Positions 39,143 through 52,214 of a stretch of DNA of 64,000 nt are shown here, one piece after another (position 1 is the stretch's first letter; the number at the start of each line of letters is the position of its first letter). This stretch comes from the human T2T-CHM13v2.0 reference genome, Homo sapiens. The notes below the pieces were generated by a model. That model saw only the letters and a program-made list of their open reading frames with translations. It did no database searches and was not told the DNA's origin. Position numbers and translations under genes: made by a program. The stretch lies in NCBI GenBank assembly GCA_009914755.4, contig CP068257.2:42976001-43040000 (forward strand), read 5' to 3'.

Positions 39143-42100
39143 CCAGGCTACCGGCATCCTGGCAACAAGCCCCCTGGCATCTTCCTCGTGGGTGGTTTTT
39201 CCTCCTCTGCCCTGTCTGGTTGATCTTTCTGTGTTTTTCTGTTGAGGTTACTCAGTTCAGGAAACTCTTTCAGCTAGGGGTGCCCTATCATTCAGCAGAC
39301 AGTGTTTCCTGGAAACAGAGCAGGGGTAGCTGGTGAAGGGCTGTCAGTGAGGCCAGGGGCCCACCTCATGGATGTTCAAGGTCCCCCCGTTGTAAATGCC
39401 ATCTGGAGCTCACACAAGCACAGTCACACTCACTACACCAGGGGCCCCGTTTTGACTGAGAAGCTCAGTCATCATCAGGGTCTTCCCAAGTAACGAGAGC
39501 CAAACTACTGGGCTCTATATTGTGGAATAATAATGATGATTATTGAGGTAACAGTAATGCACAGAGGTCTAGCACTGTGCCAGGCTGTGATTATCTCATT
39601 CATCTTTGCCAGCATTCGGGGTGGCTGATACCCCATTTTACAGATGTGCAATTTGTAAGTCATAGAGGGTTTGCACAATGGGTGCGTGTCCACTGCAGAG
39701 ATGCAGGGATCTGGACTGCTTAGTTTCACTCTGGGATCCATGGTCGTTACCGCTGTGCCAAATTATACTAGGGCTTGAAGGTTCAATAAGTGACTCATCC
39801 TGAAGTCCTGAACCAGCTCGGACAGAGAAGATGGATGAAAACATCAGCCACGTTGGCGTCTGCAGAGCATGGCTCAGGCGTGTGACCACAGTGGGCTTCC
39901 TGACACCACACCTCAGAAGTGCCCACTTCCCACGAGTAGCACTAATGGCCACAGGACACCTCCTCTGCAGACGGAGCCCAGGAGGACCCATCACGGAGTG
40001 GGGCATGAGCTATTCATATCTGGTTCCTCTCCCTCGCTGTGGGTCTGATCAGTCTCACCCCTGCAGAGGCAGCTTGGGGGAAAGTGAGGAGCTGGTGTGA
40101 AATTCCAGGATGCCCCTGCACTTGGGAAGCAGCGGGCAGGAGTGTGGATGACACGTTCCTCCTCACACTCCAGCTCTGTTCTCTTGATGGATTGGCCACA
40201 GCGCTTTATTCTACGGTGGTGTCACACGGTGGGGGATGAGCCATCTCTCAGGGCAGAGCTACTCTGTCCATCCCAGGCAGCTCCCAGGGGCACCCTCTGC
40301 TCCTGTGTGGGTCCTCCTGTGCCTGCTGGTGGTGGATATGGGTGATTCCTGCCAAGAAGCCTTCAGACAAGTCAGACACCACGTTAATGAAATCCCCTCC
40401 AAGGCTGAAGACCAAGTGGGGTCTCAGAGCTGTGGACAGAACTTAGAAGTCTATGGACCCAGAGCCGATCTGTGGCCATGTGGGAGTCACCTTAAGGCCT
40501 AGGGACAAGCCGGGTGAGGCCACAAGTTCACAGGCAACTCCTTTCACTGCTATAGTTCAGAATCACACTTAAAAACCAAGAGAATTGGGGCAGCCACAGT
40601 GATTGTGAGCTAGTCACCAAGTAATCCATTTTAAAAGTTGGTTGTCTTACGAGTCGATTACAGAAGAACAAGGATGCGTCTTTGATATTTATCTGCTCCT
40701 TTACCTTCCCCTGTCCCTCCTACTCCTTCCTGCAGGTCAGGGCCCACCTGGCCTCATCCTAGTCAACCTAAAGGACATCCGTGCACGTCACCTGCAGTGC
40801 ACATCTGCAGGGGAGGATTTCTCCCAGCTTTTGCTCTTCTGAACAGGTTTTTACCTCAACATGTTTTGAAGGATTTTTTTCATAGGTATAGAATTCTGGG
40901 TTGGCAAATTTTTTTTGAGCATTTTAAAGAAGTTGTTCCATTGTCTTCTGGCCTCCACTGTTTTTGCTGAGAAGTGAGGGATTTTCTCATCCTTGCAAGA
41001 ACCTTATACCTTGTATGAGAAGTGTCTTTTTTTTCCACTGTCTTCAATAATTTTTTGGTTTTCATTACTCTTACTATTTGATGCTTGGATATGGTTTTCT
41101 TTGTGTTGATCCTCCTAAAGGTTCTGAGATTCTTGGGTCTGTAAGTTGTTATTTTTTAAATCATATATGGTGCCTTGGGCCATTATTTTTTTGAAACTTA
41201 TTTATGGTTCAGTATCGCTCTCTTCTCTTTCCAAGGTTCAAACTACTAGTATGTTAGACAGTTCAGTACTGTCTCATATTTCTTTTCATTTTTCTAGATT
41301 CTTTCTCCTCTTCTTGAGACAAGATAATTTCTACTGGTGTGTCTTCAGGTTCACTGATTCTTTTTCCATCTGACTCCTAACCCCAAATCCCAGACCCCCC
41401 CAGCATGGGATTCTGATGCTTGGTTCTTGGGTCCTCATGATCTGACCAGTTCACCTGCACCCATGGCCCAACACCCAGAGTACAGGATTCCTGCCTCCCC
41501 TGGACATACCAGTTTCTGAAGCAGCATCCTCACTCTCTCCATGGCCACATTGTCTCCTCACAGACGCCCCCCAGACCACCCACCAGCACCCCCATTACTA
41601 TCTCCTGAACCCATTTTCCCCAGCACTCAGCCCTGTATGGAATTATTTCATGCATTCATTTCTTCCTTTACTCATTTATTCATTGCCCACTGCTAGAATG
41701 CTCTTGAGGCCAAGACCTCGTTGCTGCTGGTACACAATATATATTTGTTGCATTAACAAATAACTTCTTGTATAGATTACTCTATGGCAGGGTTGGCTAA
41801 CTTTCTGTAAAGGGCAGACAGCAAATATTTTAGCCTTTGCATGTTACAGTCTCTTCCATAACTATTCAGTTGTGCCACTATAGTGCAAAAGAAGCCACAG
41901 ACAACACATAAACTAATGACATGCTGTGATCCAATAAGAGTTCATTTGAAAAACAGGCAGTGGGCCAAATGTGGCTCACAGACGATAGTTTGCCAACCTA
42001 TGCTTTAAAGTTTTACTCTACAAAATTAAAGCTCAAAATACATTATTGCCTCAACATCTTCCTTGATAGCATGAAACAAAAGTGAAACAACAGGATTCGG

Positions 42101-42350
42101 TACTTTGAGTCGAGCCAGTGGTGCTATGTGCACGGTAGTAGCCTGAAAAAAATTGACAAAAAACCTGCATAACGTCAAACCAGAACATCCTGTTTACAGA
42201 AGAAACTAACCTCAAGGCCGAAGCTATTTATGGTGGAGCATGACGCGGGAAAGTACACGCGGGAAAATAAGATGTTGGGAAACACAGTGGAAACAACCAC
42301 AAGGAAGACAACAGTTGTGTTTTTGTGTTACCCAGATGACGGGACCCAGG

Positions 42351-42357
42351 TATAAAG
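42351..42357 (+). promoter_or_regulatory. TATA box (tataaag), 75 bp upstream of the ATG
   Basis: gggacccaggtataaagaccaccagagaagcagcttccag. Confidence 0.7.
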
Positions 42358-42425
42358 ACCACCAGAGAAGCAGCTTCCAGACATCACCATCCTCCTCCCC
42401 AGTACCAGCCCAGCCACACGCCACC

Positions 42426-42716
42426 ATGTGCCACACCAGCTGCTCCCCAGCCTGCCAGCCAACCTGCTGCATACGCAGCCCCTGCCAGGCATCCTGCTAT
42501 GTGCCCGTGAGCTGCCAGTCCTCCGTGTGCATGCCCGTGAGCTGCACGCGCATTGTGTGCGTGGCTCCCTCCTGCCAGCCCTCCGTGTGCGTGCCCGTGA
42601 GCTGCAGGCCCATCATATATGTGACTCCCTCTTGCCAATCTTCGGGGTGCTGCCAGCCCCCCTGCACCACTGCCCTCTGCAGACCCATCTCCTGCAGCAC
42701 CCCTTCCTGCTGCTGA
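42426..42716 (+). CDS. KRTAP12-3: Keratin-associated protein 12 family, 96 aa, single exon
   Basis: ATG at 42426 (the in-frame upstream ORF extension from 42240 is not supported by the TATA position). MCHTSCSPACQPTCCIRSPCQASCYVPVSCQSSVCMPVSC...STPSCC, TGA at 42714-42716. The 96-aa length and + orientation, between two minus-strand KRTAP12 genes, match KRTAP12-3. Confidence 0.75.
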   Translation: MCHTSCSPACQPTCCIRSPCQASCYVPVSCQSSVCMPVSCTRIVCVAPSCQPSVCVPVSCRPIIYVTPSCQSSGCCQPPCTTALCRPISCSTPSCC

Positions 42717-42957
42717 CCAGCTGCTCCTGGTACACGGGGGTACACACCCGTATCCCTCCGTGAATAAGCATCTGGTGGACCCCCAGATTGCACACATAGG
42801 GCAGATGAAAAGCATGCCCAAGGAAACCTCTGAACTCTGGGGTGAGAACGTGGAAAAATGATTCAGACCTCCCGTGACCTTGGGAACCCCTCAAGGAAGT
42901 CTTGGCTGCCAGAGTCCTTCTCTCACTCCAGCAGGAAACTAAAACCCATGTGAGCCA

Positions 42958-42963
42958 AATAAA
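42958..42963 (+). other. Polyadenylation signal AATAAA, about 245 bp past the stop
   Basis: gtgagccaaataaatcggctg. Confidence 0.55.
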
Positions 42964-43171
42964 TCGGCTGTCCCTATACACCTCGTCTCTCTCTTTTATC
43001 TTCATGTATTTCGTAAGTTCTTTCCTTGAAGGTACATACCAACTTCGATGGCAGCAGCACCTCTTCAGAGAGCCACCTTCCTGATGGCTGAGCTGAAGTG
43101 GAGGGTCCTTGGTTGGGGGAGTGGCCTGAAGGTTCTGTCCCCCGACTCCCTCCCCAAGCCTTGCACTGTGG

Positions 43172-43295
43172 GGTAATAAGATGTTGGGAAACACAGTGGA
43201 AACCACCATGAGGAAGACAACTCTTGCGTTTTTATGTTACCCAGATGCCTGGGACCCGGGTATAAAGACCACCAGAGAAGAAGCTTCCAGATGGA
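43172..43295 (+). promoter_or_regulatory. Orphan duplicate of the KRTAP12 promoter (TATA at 43261-43267), with no CDS following
   Basis: About 125 bp at about 88% identity to 42262-42388: ataagatgttgggaaacacagtggaaacaaccac.aggaagacaac..ttg.gttttt.tgttacccagatg.c.gggacccrggtataaagaccaccagagaag.agcttccag. Confidence 0.75.
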
Positions 43296-43726
43296 GCGTG
43301 TTGGGGGAGGGTAGAAGAAAACAATCCTCTACCCAGAAGGATGGACAAGAAATAGTCCTGGGCCCCAGATCCCATGCAATACCTCAAAGGATTACTGTGG
43401 CAAAGAGGGCAGGAAACTCTTTCAAACAACACCCACCACAAATACAGAGCAGAGTTCGTCTACCCCGGGAGGGGTAGCAGGAAGTCGAAGAAAGTCTCAT
43501 TCTCCAAGTCCCACATGCAAAGGGCCTGCCTAAGACTGACACTGGACCAGGACAACAGAGAGCCCTCCTTTCTCCAGCTCCAGCCTAGCAGGCACAGCTC
43601 AATAAGCAACGTCAGCCTGCCTCTGGGGAAAGGCAGAAGTGTGTAGAGATCTCCTCTGAACGTCAGGCATGCAGGGGCGTGTGAAACTTAGGGTGGAGCA
43701 AAAGCGCTGACCTCCCCACCCCTCAT

Positions 43727-43812
43727 CCTAAGCACAAGCACTGATACACCCTAAGCACAAGCACTGATACACCCTAAGCACAAGCACTGATACACCCTAA
43801 GCACAAGCGGTT
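43727..43812. repeat. Tandem repeat, 23-bp unit (cctaagcacaagcactgatacac), about 3.7 copies
   Basis: Perfect direct copies at 43727, 43750, 43773 plus a partial copy. Confidence 0.9.
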
Positions 43813-44047
43813 GGTGCACTGAAGGTAACCACAGTAACAACAAAACCCAAACCACGGTCAATGTCTGACCAGATTGACTCATCCACCTCCCCCCACACAC
43901 TAATGGCCTGACAGAAAAAGAGACGCACGCATTTCCAGAAGGAACTGATGATGTCTGATATTCAATAAAAAATTATAAGATATGCAAAAAAGCAAGGAAA
44001 AACCAAGCCATTGTTGGGAGACAAAGAAATCAATAAAACTGGATTCA

Positions 44048-44210
<163 letters not shown>

Positions 44211-45103
44211 CAGAAAGTAGAAAGTAAAATCACACAGGTGTTAGAGCTATCAGGTATAAACTTTACAATAACTATAATGAATAGATTAAAAGATCAAGAG
44301 TAAAGCATTAAAAACATAAATGAACAGATGGGTAATTTCAGCAGAGAAATGGAAACTATAAGAAAGGTCAAGTGGATATGGTAAAAATCAAAATACGGTA
44401 TCACAGATGGCTTCCTTCAGTGGGTTCATCAGTATACTTGATACAACCAGGTGTGGAAGCTTTGAATTTGAAAACGTGTAAATGTAAATTGACCAAATTA
44501 AAACACAAAGAGAAAGAGAAAGAGAAGGGTGGAGGGAGACAAGAGCAAAACATCAAATCCTCATTTATGGATGTAATTGGAGTCCCTCAAAGAGAAGAAA
44601 GAGAGGGCAGGGCAGAAGAAATATTTAAAGAGGTAATAGTTGAGAAATATTCTAAAAATAATGAAATACATAAAGTCCCATATCCAAAAAGTTCGGAGAA
44701 CCCCAAATTGGGTAACTATATCCCCACCACAAATGACTAGACATGTCACATTAAATCTGTGACTGACAAAAACCAAAGGTAAAAAGGGAAATCTTGAAAG
44801 CATCAATATTTTAAAAGCAGACTACGAGCATAAGGACAAAGGTAGAGTTTACATCAGACTTCTAATCAGAAATCACAGGACCGAAAGTACATCTTTAAAA
44901 TACTGAAAGAAAATCCGTCGACCCTATGACACTAAAAGTGTCTTTCAAAAATGAAAGAAAACACTTTTTCAGATGAACAAAAACTGAAAAGACTTCATTA
45001 ACAGCACACGTGCACTATAAGAAATTCTTAAAAAATTTCTTTGAGCCAAGGAATATGATAGCAGAGAGACACTTGAATCCACACAAAGAAAAGACCACGT
45101 CTT

Positions 45104-45400
<297 letters not shown>

Positions 45401-45428
45401 TTATTTTAAAAGAAGATAAATATAAATA

Positions 45429-45720
<292 letters not shown>

Positions 45721-46379
45721 AGCATTATAACTAATTGACTGTCCAGAGCAAAAATAGTGACAGTGCATTGTGGGGTTTTTAACATAAGTAAAAGTAAAAC
45801 ATGGCAACAATAACACGAGGAATATAAAAGAGGACATGGAGGTACACTGCCGTAAAGTCCTGCCACTTACAGATGAAGTAGCGTCATATTACCCGGAGGT
45901 ATCCTTTGTTACAGTAAAGGTATGTATTGTAACTCTTAGGCCAAATAAGTTTGAAAGGACGTATTAGGCTATTATCGCCTTGCTATAAGGAAATACCTGA
46001 GACTGGGTAATTTATAAAGAAAGGAGGTTTAATTGGCTCACAGTTCTGCAAGCTGTACAGGAAGCATAATACTGGCATCTGCTCAGCTTCTGGGGAGGCA
46101 GAATTGTGAGGAAACTTACAAGCACTGTGGAAGGTGAAGGGGGAGCAGGCACATCACGTGGCCAGAGCAGGAGCAGGAGAGAAAGACGGGGCTGGGGGAG
46201 GGGCCACACGCCTTTAAACAACCAGGTCTCCCAAGAACTCACTCACTGTCGCAAGGACAGCACCAAGGGGATGACGCTTAACCATTCATGAGAAATCCAC
46301 CCCCGTGATCCAATCACCTCCCACCAGGCCCCACCTCCAACACTGGAGATTACAATTCAACATGAGATTTGGGCGGGGA

Positions 46380-49215
46380 CACAAATCCAAACTATATCAA
46401 GATGTATACAAAAAGTAGATATAAAAGGGAATAACTAAGAATACTAAACCAAAAAGTGGCATAGAAAGAGGGCAAAGATAAAAAGGAACAGATGGAACAA
46501 ATAGAATACAATTAGCAAAGTGATATTTTGCTAATATTAAATTAAATGCAAATTAATTTATTAAATTAAATTAAATGCAAATCATCTAAACACCAAAACC
46601 AAAAAACAGAGATTTTTAATTGGATTAAATAATTCAGGACCCAACTATATTCTATCTACCAGAAGACTCACATTAAATATAAAAAACATAGATAGGTTAA
46701 AAGTAAACAGATGGAAAAATACACCACACAAACATTAATCAAGTAAAATTGGAATGGCTATATTAATATCAAAGTCAACTTCACAAAAGAAATATTACCA
46801 AGGATAAAAAGGAATATTACATAATGATAAAGCATCAATTCACCATGGACACGTAACAATTCTAAATGTGTAAGCACCAAACAGCCAACTTTCCAAACAC
46901 ATGCAACAAAAAAACTGAGAAGGGAAAGGAAAAACAGATAAATCAGATTTGTCATTGGACTTCAGCTTCAAGAGAACAAGTAGACAGAAAATCAGGAAGG
47001 ATACAGAAGGCCTGGACAACACTGTCAATCAACTTGACCTAATGGATATTGACAGAACACTCCACCCAACAATAACAGATACACATTCTTTTCAAGCACA
47101 TGAAACATTCACCAAAAAGACTATATTGTGCCATAAAATAAACTTCAACCCATGTAAAAAAGTTGAACTAATACAATGTATGTTCTCTGACCACAAAGAA
47201 ATTCAATTAGACATTAACACCAAAAGGATAGCGAGAAACACCCTGCAGAACTGTAAAGTAACCGACACACTTCTAAATAACCCATGGTTCAAAGAAGAAT
47301 CACAAGAGAATTTAGAAAATATTTTGAATTAAATACAAATTAAAAGACAACATGTCAAAATATATGGAACATGGCTAAAATAGTGTTTAGAGGGATAAAA
47401 TTATATCATTAAGTGCTTATATTCACAAAGAAGAAAGTCCTGAAATCAATTATCTAAGTTTGCACTTTAAAGAAAAAAAGAAAATTAAACTCAAAATTAG
47501 CAAAAGAAATGAAATAATTAAAAATCTGAAAAAAAAAAATGAAGTAGAAAATGGAAAAGAATTCAATGAAAGCAAAAGCTGCTTCTTTGAAAAGAACAAT
47601 GAAATGAATAAGCATCTAGCCAGACTGAGCGGTAAAATTATAATAAAAAGAAAAAAAAAGACACAAAATAGCAATATTAGGAGTGAAGAAGAGACATCAT
47701 TACAAATCTTACAATTATTAAAAACATGATACAGGAATGATGTAAACAACTTCATACCATTAAATTTGATAACATACATAAAACTGGCACATTTTTAAAA
47801 GACAAAAGTATGAAAGCTTATTCCAGAGAAGTAGGTAGCCTGAATAGTATCATATCTATTAAAGAAGTTGAATTTTCAGTTAAAATCTTTCAACAAATAA
47901 AACTAGGGGCAAATGGCCTCCCTGGAAAATTCTACCAAACATTTAAAGAGGAAATATAACCAATTCTACATGAACTCTTCCAGAAAATAGAAGGAAAGGA
48001 ATCATTCCCGATTAAATTCATAGAGCCAGCATAATCTTGATATCAAATTTGAACAAAAGTATTATAGTACATAGTATATAGAAAACTATATACTATTAAT
48101 AATATCTCTTATGAATATAGATGCAAAATTCTCAACCAAATACTAGCAAATTAAATCCAGAAATATGTAAAAGAGATAAAAGGTCGTGATCATGTGAGAT
48201 TTATCCCAAGAATGCAAGGTTGGTTCAGTGTTAAAAAATCAACTTATAATTCACCATATCAACAGACTAAAGAGGAAGCACCATATTATTATCTCAATAG
48301 ATTCAGAAAAGGCTTTTGACAAAATTCAACATCCATTCAGAATAAAAACTGCTAGCAAACTAGAAATTAAAAGGAACTTCTTTTAAAGAGCATCTATGAA
48401 AAACCTATAGCTAATATCATACTTAATGATGAAAGACTATATGCTTTCCCCTTAAAATCAACAACAAAGCAAGAACATTCACTTTTGCCTCTGCTATTTA
48501 TTACCATACTGGACTTCCTAAACAGTGAAGTAAAAAGCATGCAGCCTGGAAAGAAAGAAATAACACAGTCTCTATTAACATATTACATTATTGTCTACCT
48601 AGAAAATCCCCAAAATTCTACAATAAAGCTACAAGAACTAGTAAGTGAATTTAACAAGGTCAAAGAAAAAATGCCAATATACAAAAATCGATTTTATTTT
48701 AATATACTAGCAATGAACAATCAGAAATTGAAACTTAAAAATAGTACCATAATAGCATTAAACTTATAAAATACTTAGGGATAAATTCTGGGGGAAATAT
48801 ATAAAATGTATACATTGAAAACTACAAAATATTGATGAGAAGAATCAGAGAAAACCTAAATAAATAGACCATGTTATGGATTGCTGGATATGTCGACTCT
48901 CCCCAAATTGATCTATATAGTTTCAATACACTCCCAATCAAAATCTCAGCACAAATTCTGTAGATATTGATAAGCTTATTCAAATATCTATATGGAAAGA
49001 CAAAGAAACTAGAGTAGCCTAAACAACTTCTTAAAAGAAGAACAAAATTGGAGAACTCACACTAGCTGATTTCAAGACCTACTATAAAGCTGCATTTATC
49101 AGGGCAGGATGGTGTTGGCAAAAAGATACTTAGCATATGACCCAGCTATTCCACTCCTAGACATTTACCCAAGAGAGAGAAACAAATACGTCCATGCAAA
49201 AACCTGGACTTGCTA
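46380..49215 (+). mobile_element. Old LINE-1 (L1M-type) ORF2 region, degenerate
   Basis: ORF2-like text throughout (ccatggacacgtaacaattctaaatgtgtaagcaccaaacagc...; cagaaaaggcttttgacaaaattcaacatccattcagaataaaaact; ...gacccagctattccactcctagacatttacccaagagag). Confidence 0.7.
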
Positions 49216-49699
49216 ACACATGCCCCATGTGGAGCACTAGCATCACAGAACTTGGGCTCCAAGTGGCCCTGAGGGCCACAGCTCCAGAGGGCGGGGGCTG
49301 AGCCAGGCCTCATCCATGCTTCTCTGTGCACAGGGCAGGTAGGTTCTCTAGAAGCATTTTTTGGTTACCAACCCTCCCTCCTCTCATGCTCTGATTTCCA
49401 GTTTGACCTCTAACTCCCAGCCTGGGGGACCAGAGTGCTTACGTGTGTGCATAAGTGTGTGCACGTTGTATAGTGCACACATTGGGTGTGTTCATGGATT
49501 CGAATGTGTTCGGCTGCAAGCATTTATATGTCTGGGTTGATTGGTTCCATTTCTCACTCAGTTTTATCCAAAGCCTCCCAGTTTAAACTACACAATAGGT
49601 CCCTGACCACCTTGCCTAAAAGATGATGAAACCAGTTTTTTAACCCTAAACTCAACACTTGCCTCCAAGGCAAATAAAAATCTTGGAATCGAAGGCAGC

Positions 49700-50200
49700 C
49701 AGTAGTGAGAACGTTCTTCAGGGGACAGTTCTGGGCTATGCTATCTGGAATAGCAGACTCCTGGGGCAAGAGGGCTGGCCCATCTACTGGGGAACGTTTA
49801 ACCTGAGACAGTCACAGCAGAGCCCCCCAGGAGGGGAATACAGCCCAGACAGGGGAAATGCAGAAGAATGCTACCAGCACAACGCAGACTGGGAAAAGCA
49901 AGTTCCAGATTACATTCTGAATAATTCCCTTTTCATATCACCAGAAATTACTAAATTAGAAAACACCCATTTCAGGAATACATAGAGATATGACTCAACT
50001 CTATTTTTTCTAGAAAGTAACAGAATAAGGAGCACACAATCCCAACAGTGGCTGCCCCAAGAAGTTCTTGGTAAATTATTGATGATGTTCTCATTTCTAT
50101 GTCAGGCAGTGGGTTCATGGGGGTTTATTATATTAGGATCCTCAGTAATTGATCATCAGTCAATCAATAAAAACCAAGCCTTTGTGGACCAGTGATGGGA
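49700..50200 (+). repeat. Direct-repeat copy A (L1 5'UTR-like). About 200 bp core at over 90% identity to 54465-54665, with weaker flanks.
   Basis: tgaataattcccttttcatatcaccagaaattactaaattagaaaacacccatttcaggaatacatagagatatgactcaactctattttttctagaaagtaacagaataaggagcacacaatcccaacagtggctgccccaagaagttcttggtaaattattgatgatgttctc. Confidence 0.7.
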
Positions 50201-50623
50201 GTGTGTGCTGCAGAACTAATCCAGTTCTGTAAACCTGAGATCCTCCGCGACCTGGGAAACAGGACGTCCACCAACCACATCAGAAAACCCAATCGTCAAT
50301 GCTCTGAGGCTTTGGCCATCAATGCAGGGCTTGTTGGCCTGGAGCAGGAGTGGACAGCCAGTGGGGAAGCGAGACCACTCTACCACAGGCGGGTAAGTCA
50401 CTTCTGTGGCCACTGCACCTGGGCCCCAGGAGCCCTGGGAGAGACCACATGGGCATCTGCAGCTGTGCCCTCCACCCAGGACACCACCTTCTGATGAGCA
50501 CTGGGTGAAGGATCACTGAAGAGGGTTTAGCAGCAAATTCTATGTAATCAGCAGAATAGATAGCAGGGAGTATGGAAATAAAAAAGAAAGACCAGAAATG
50601 CAGAGCTGCATGGGGAAAGCTGG

Positions 50624-50629
50624 TTTATT
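50624..50629 (-). other. Polyadenylation signal (AATAAA on minus strand), about 235 bp past the stop
   Basis: + strand ctggtttatttggc. Confidence 0.5.
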
Positions 50630-50863
50630 TGGCTCTCATGGGGTCAGAGAATGACTCTGGGACCCCAGACTTCCCTGGGGGGATGGGCAAGGTCAGCAAG
50701 GGCTCCAGATCATTCTGTCACATTCTCAATCCAGAATTCAGAGGGTTCAACTGAGCATGCTTTTCACCTGCACCATGTGCAGAAGACCAACTGAGGACTC
50801 ATCCAGGGAGTGTACAGGTGTGGCCTCATCTGCACTGGGAGCAGCGGGTCTGGAGATTCATGC

Positions 50864-51304
50864 TCAGCAGCAGGAAGGGATACTGTAGGAGATGGGTCTG
50901 CAGAGGACGCTGGTGCAGGAGGGCTGGCAGCACCCAGAGGACTGGCAGGACGGAGCCGCATACACGACAGGCCTGCAGCTCACAGGCACGCACAGGGAGG
51001 ACTGGCAGGAGGGGGCTGCACACACAATGGGCCTGCAGCTCACAGGCACACACACAGAAGACTGGCAGCTCACGGGCACGCACACAGCTGACTTGAAGCT
51101 CATGGGCACACACACAGAAGACTGGCAGCTCACGGGCAGGCACACGGCTGGCTTGAAGCTCACGGGCACACACACGGAGGACTGGCAGCCCACAGGCACA
51201 CAGCAGGATGCCTGGCAGCGGCTGGGCACACAACAGGCTGGCTGGCAGGGGCTGGGCATGCAGCAGGCTGGCTGGCAGCCCGAGGAGCAGCTGGTATGAC
51301 ACAT
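50864..51304 (-). CDS. KRTAP12-2: Keratin-associated protein 12 family, 146 aa, single exon
   Basis: ATG (cat on + strand) at 51302-51304. The 183-aa ORF in the track begins at an upstream in-frame ATG (51413-51415) that lies upstream of the TATA box at 51372-51379, so the later ATG was taken. [52 protein letters not shown]...SIPSCC. The 146-aa length and minus orientation match KRTAP12-2. Confidence 0.75.
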   Translation of the reverse strand: MCHTSCSSGCQPACCMPSPCQPACCVPSRCQASCCVPVGCQSSVCVPVSFKPAVCLPVSCQSSVCVPMSFKSAVCVPVSCQSSVCVPVSCRPIVCAAPSCQSSLCVPVSCRPVVYAAPSCQSSGCCQPSCTSVLCRPISYSIPSCC

Positions 51305-51371
51305 GGTGGCGTGTGGCTGGATAAGGTCGAGGCAGAGGGCAGTGATGTCTGGGGACGGCCTCCCTGGGTAG

Positions 51372-51379
51372 CCTTTATA
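51372..51379 (-). promoter_or_regulatory. TATA box (tataaagg on minus strand), about 70 bp upstream of the ATG
   Basis: + strand gggtagcctttatacctggacccagg. Revcomp ...gggtccaggtataaaggctaccc resembles the KRTAP12 promoter at 42340-42360. Confidence 0.65.
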
Positions 51380-52214
51380 CCTGGACCCAGGCATCCCCAC
51401 AACACAGAAGCACACCTGTCTTCCTTGTTTTTCTTCCTCAGTGCTGTCTCCTGGAGCTTAATTTTCTGTTGTAGGTGTCTCTGGGTTTTGTTTGGCCCTT
51501 AGCTTCATGACTAATTGCACCTTCTTCGAACTCTTGGTATGCTTGGAAACCTGCCAGAGTGTTTTACTGGCTTCATCTAGATTCTTCCTTGTTCTTTAAA
51601 ATTTTACCTGAGTTACTTTTGTGAGATTCCAAAAACTCAGATCTCCAGATTTTTTTCCTCTCTGCGTGATGATGGTCCTTAAACCACAGAAGTTTACACT
51701 CCTCTCATGGCTCAGGAAGGCTCCATAGTCAATGTGAGGTAGAACAGGACGTGTCTAGCTGATCTGTGGGTGTCCTGAGAGCTTAGAGCTGGATGAGAGC
51801 TAGCAGATGGAGGAAGAACATGGAAATCACTTGTCCATAGGATGAGTGGGGACAAAGGGTGTGGGTCACAGAGAACTTCTTGTGAGTGGTGACCATGGAT
51901 CTTTGTCTTGAGAAATCCTCCTAGTTAAGAACCAAGATGAGACAACACCACTGGCCCTCATGCATGGAGACACAGCTCTAAGGAAATCAAGCTGGTCCAA
52001 GCATGTTCCCAGGGAAGCATGTGAGGCCAGTGAAGGGTCCCATGGACAGCCACAGCAGGATATGTGTGAGCTGAATATAGAAGGTTCCAAGGGCCAGAAT
52101 GACTTCTGGGTATGTTCAGCAGAAAGCCATGTGCACCCTGTACTGCAGGGACAGTAGAATCTCTGAGCCTACAGATGTCAACACCAGATCACTTGGAACT
52201 TGGCATCATGATAA

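Noticed and set aside
42240-42425. Upstream extension of the KRTAP12 ORF to 158 aa, starting at 42240 on + (and to 183 aa for the gene at 50864-51304 on -)
   Set aside because: The extensions begin upstream of the TATA boxes (42351 and 51372-51379) and add non-Cys-rich sequence. The conserved MCHTSCS start at the first ATG after the TATA is used instead.
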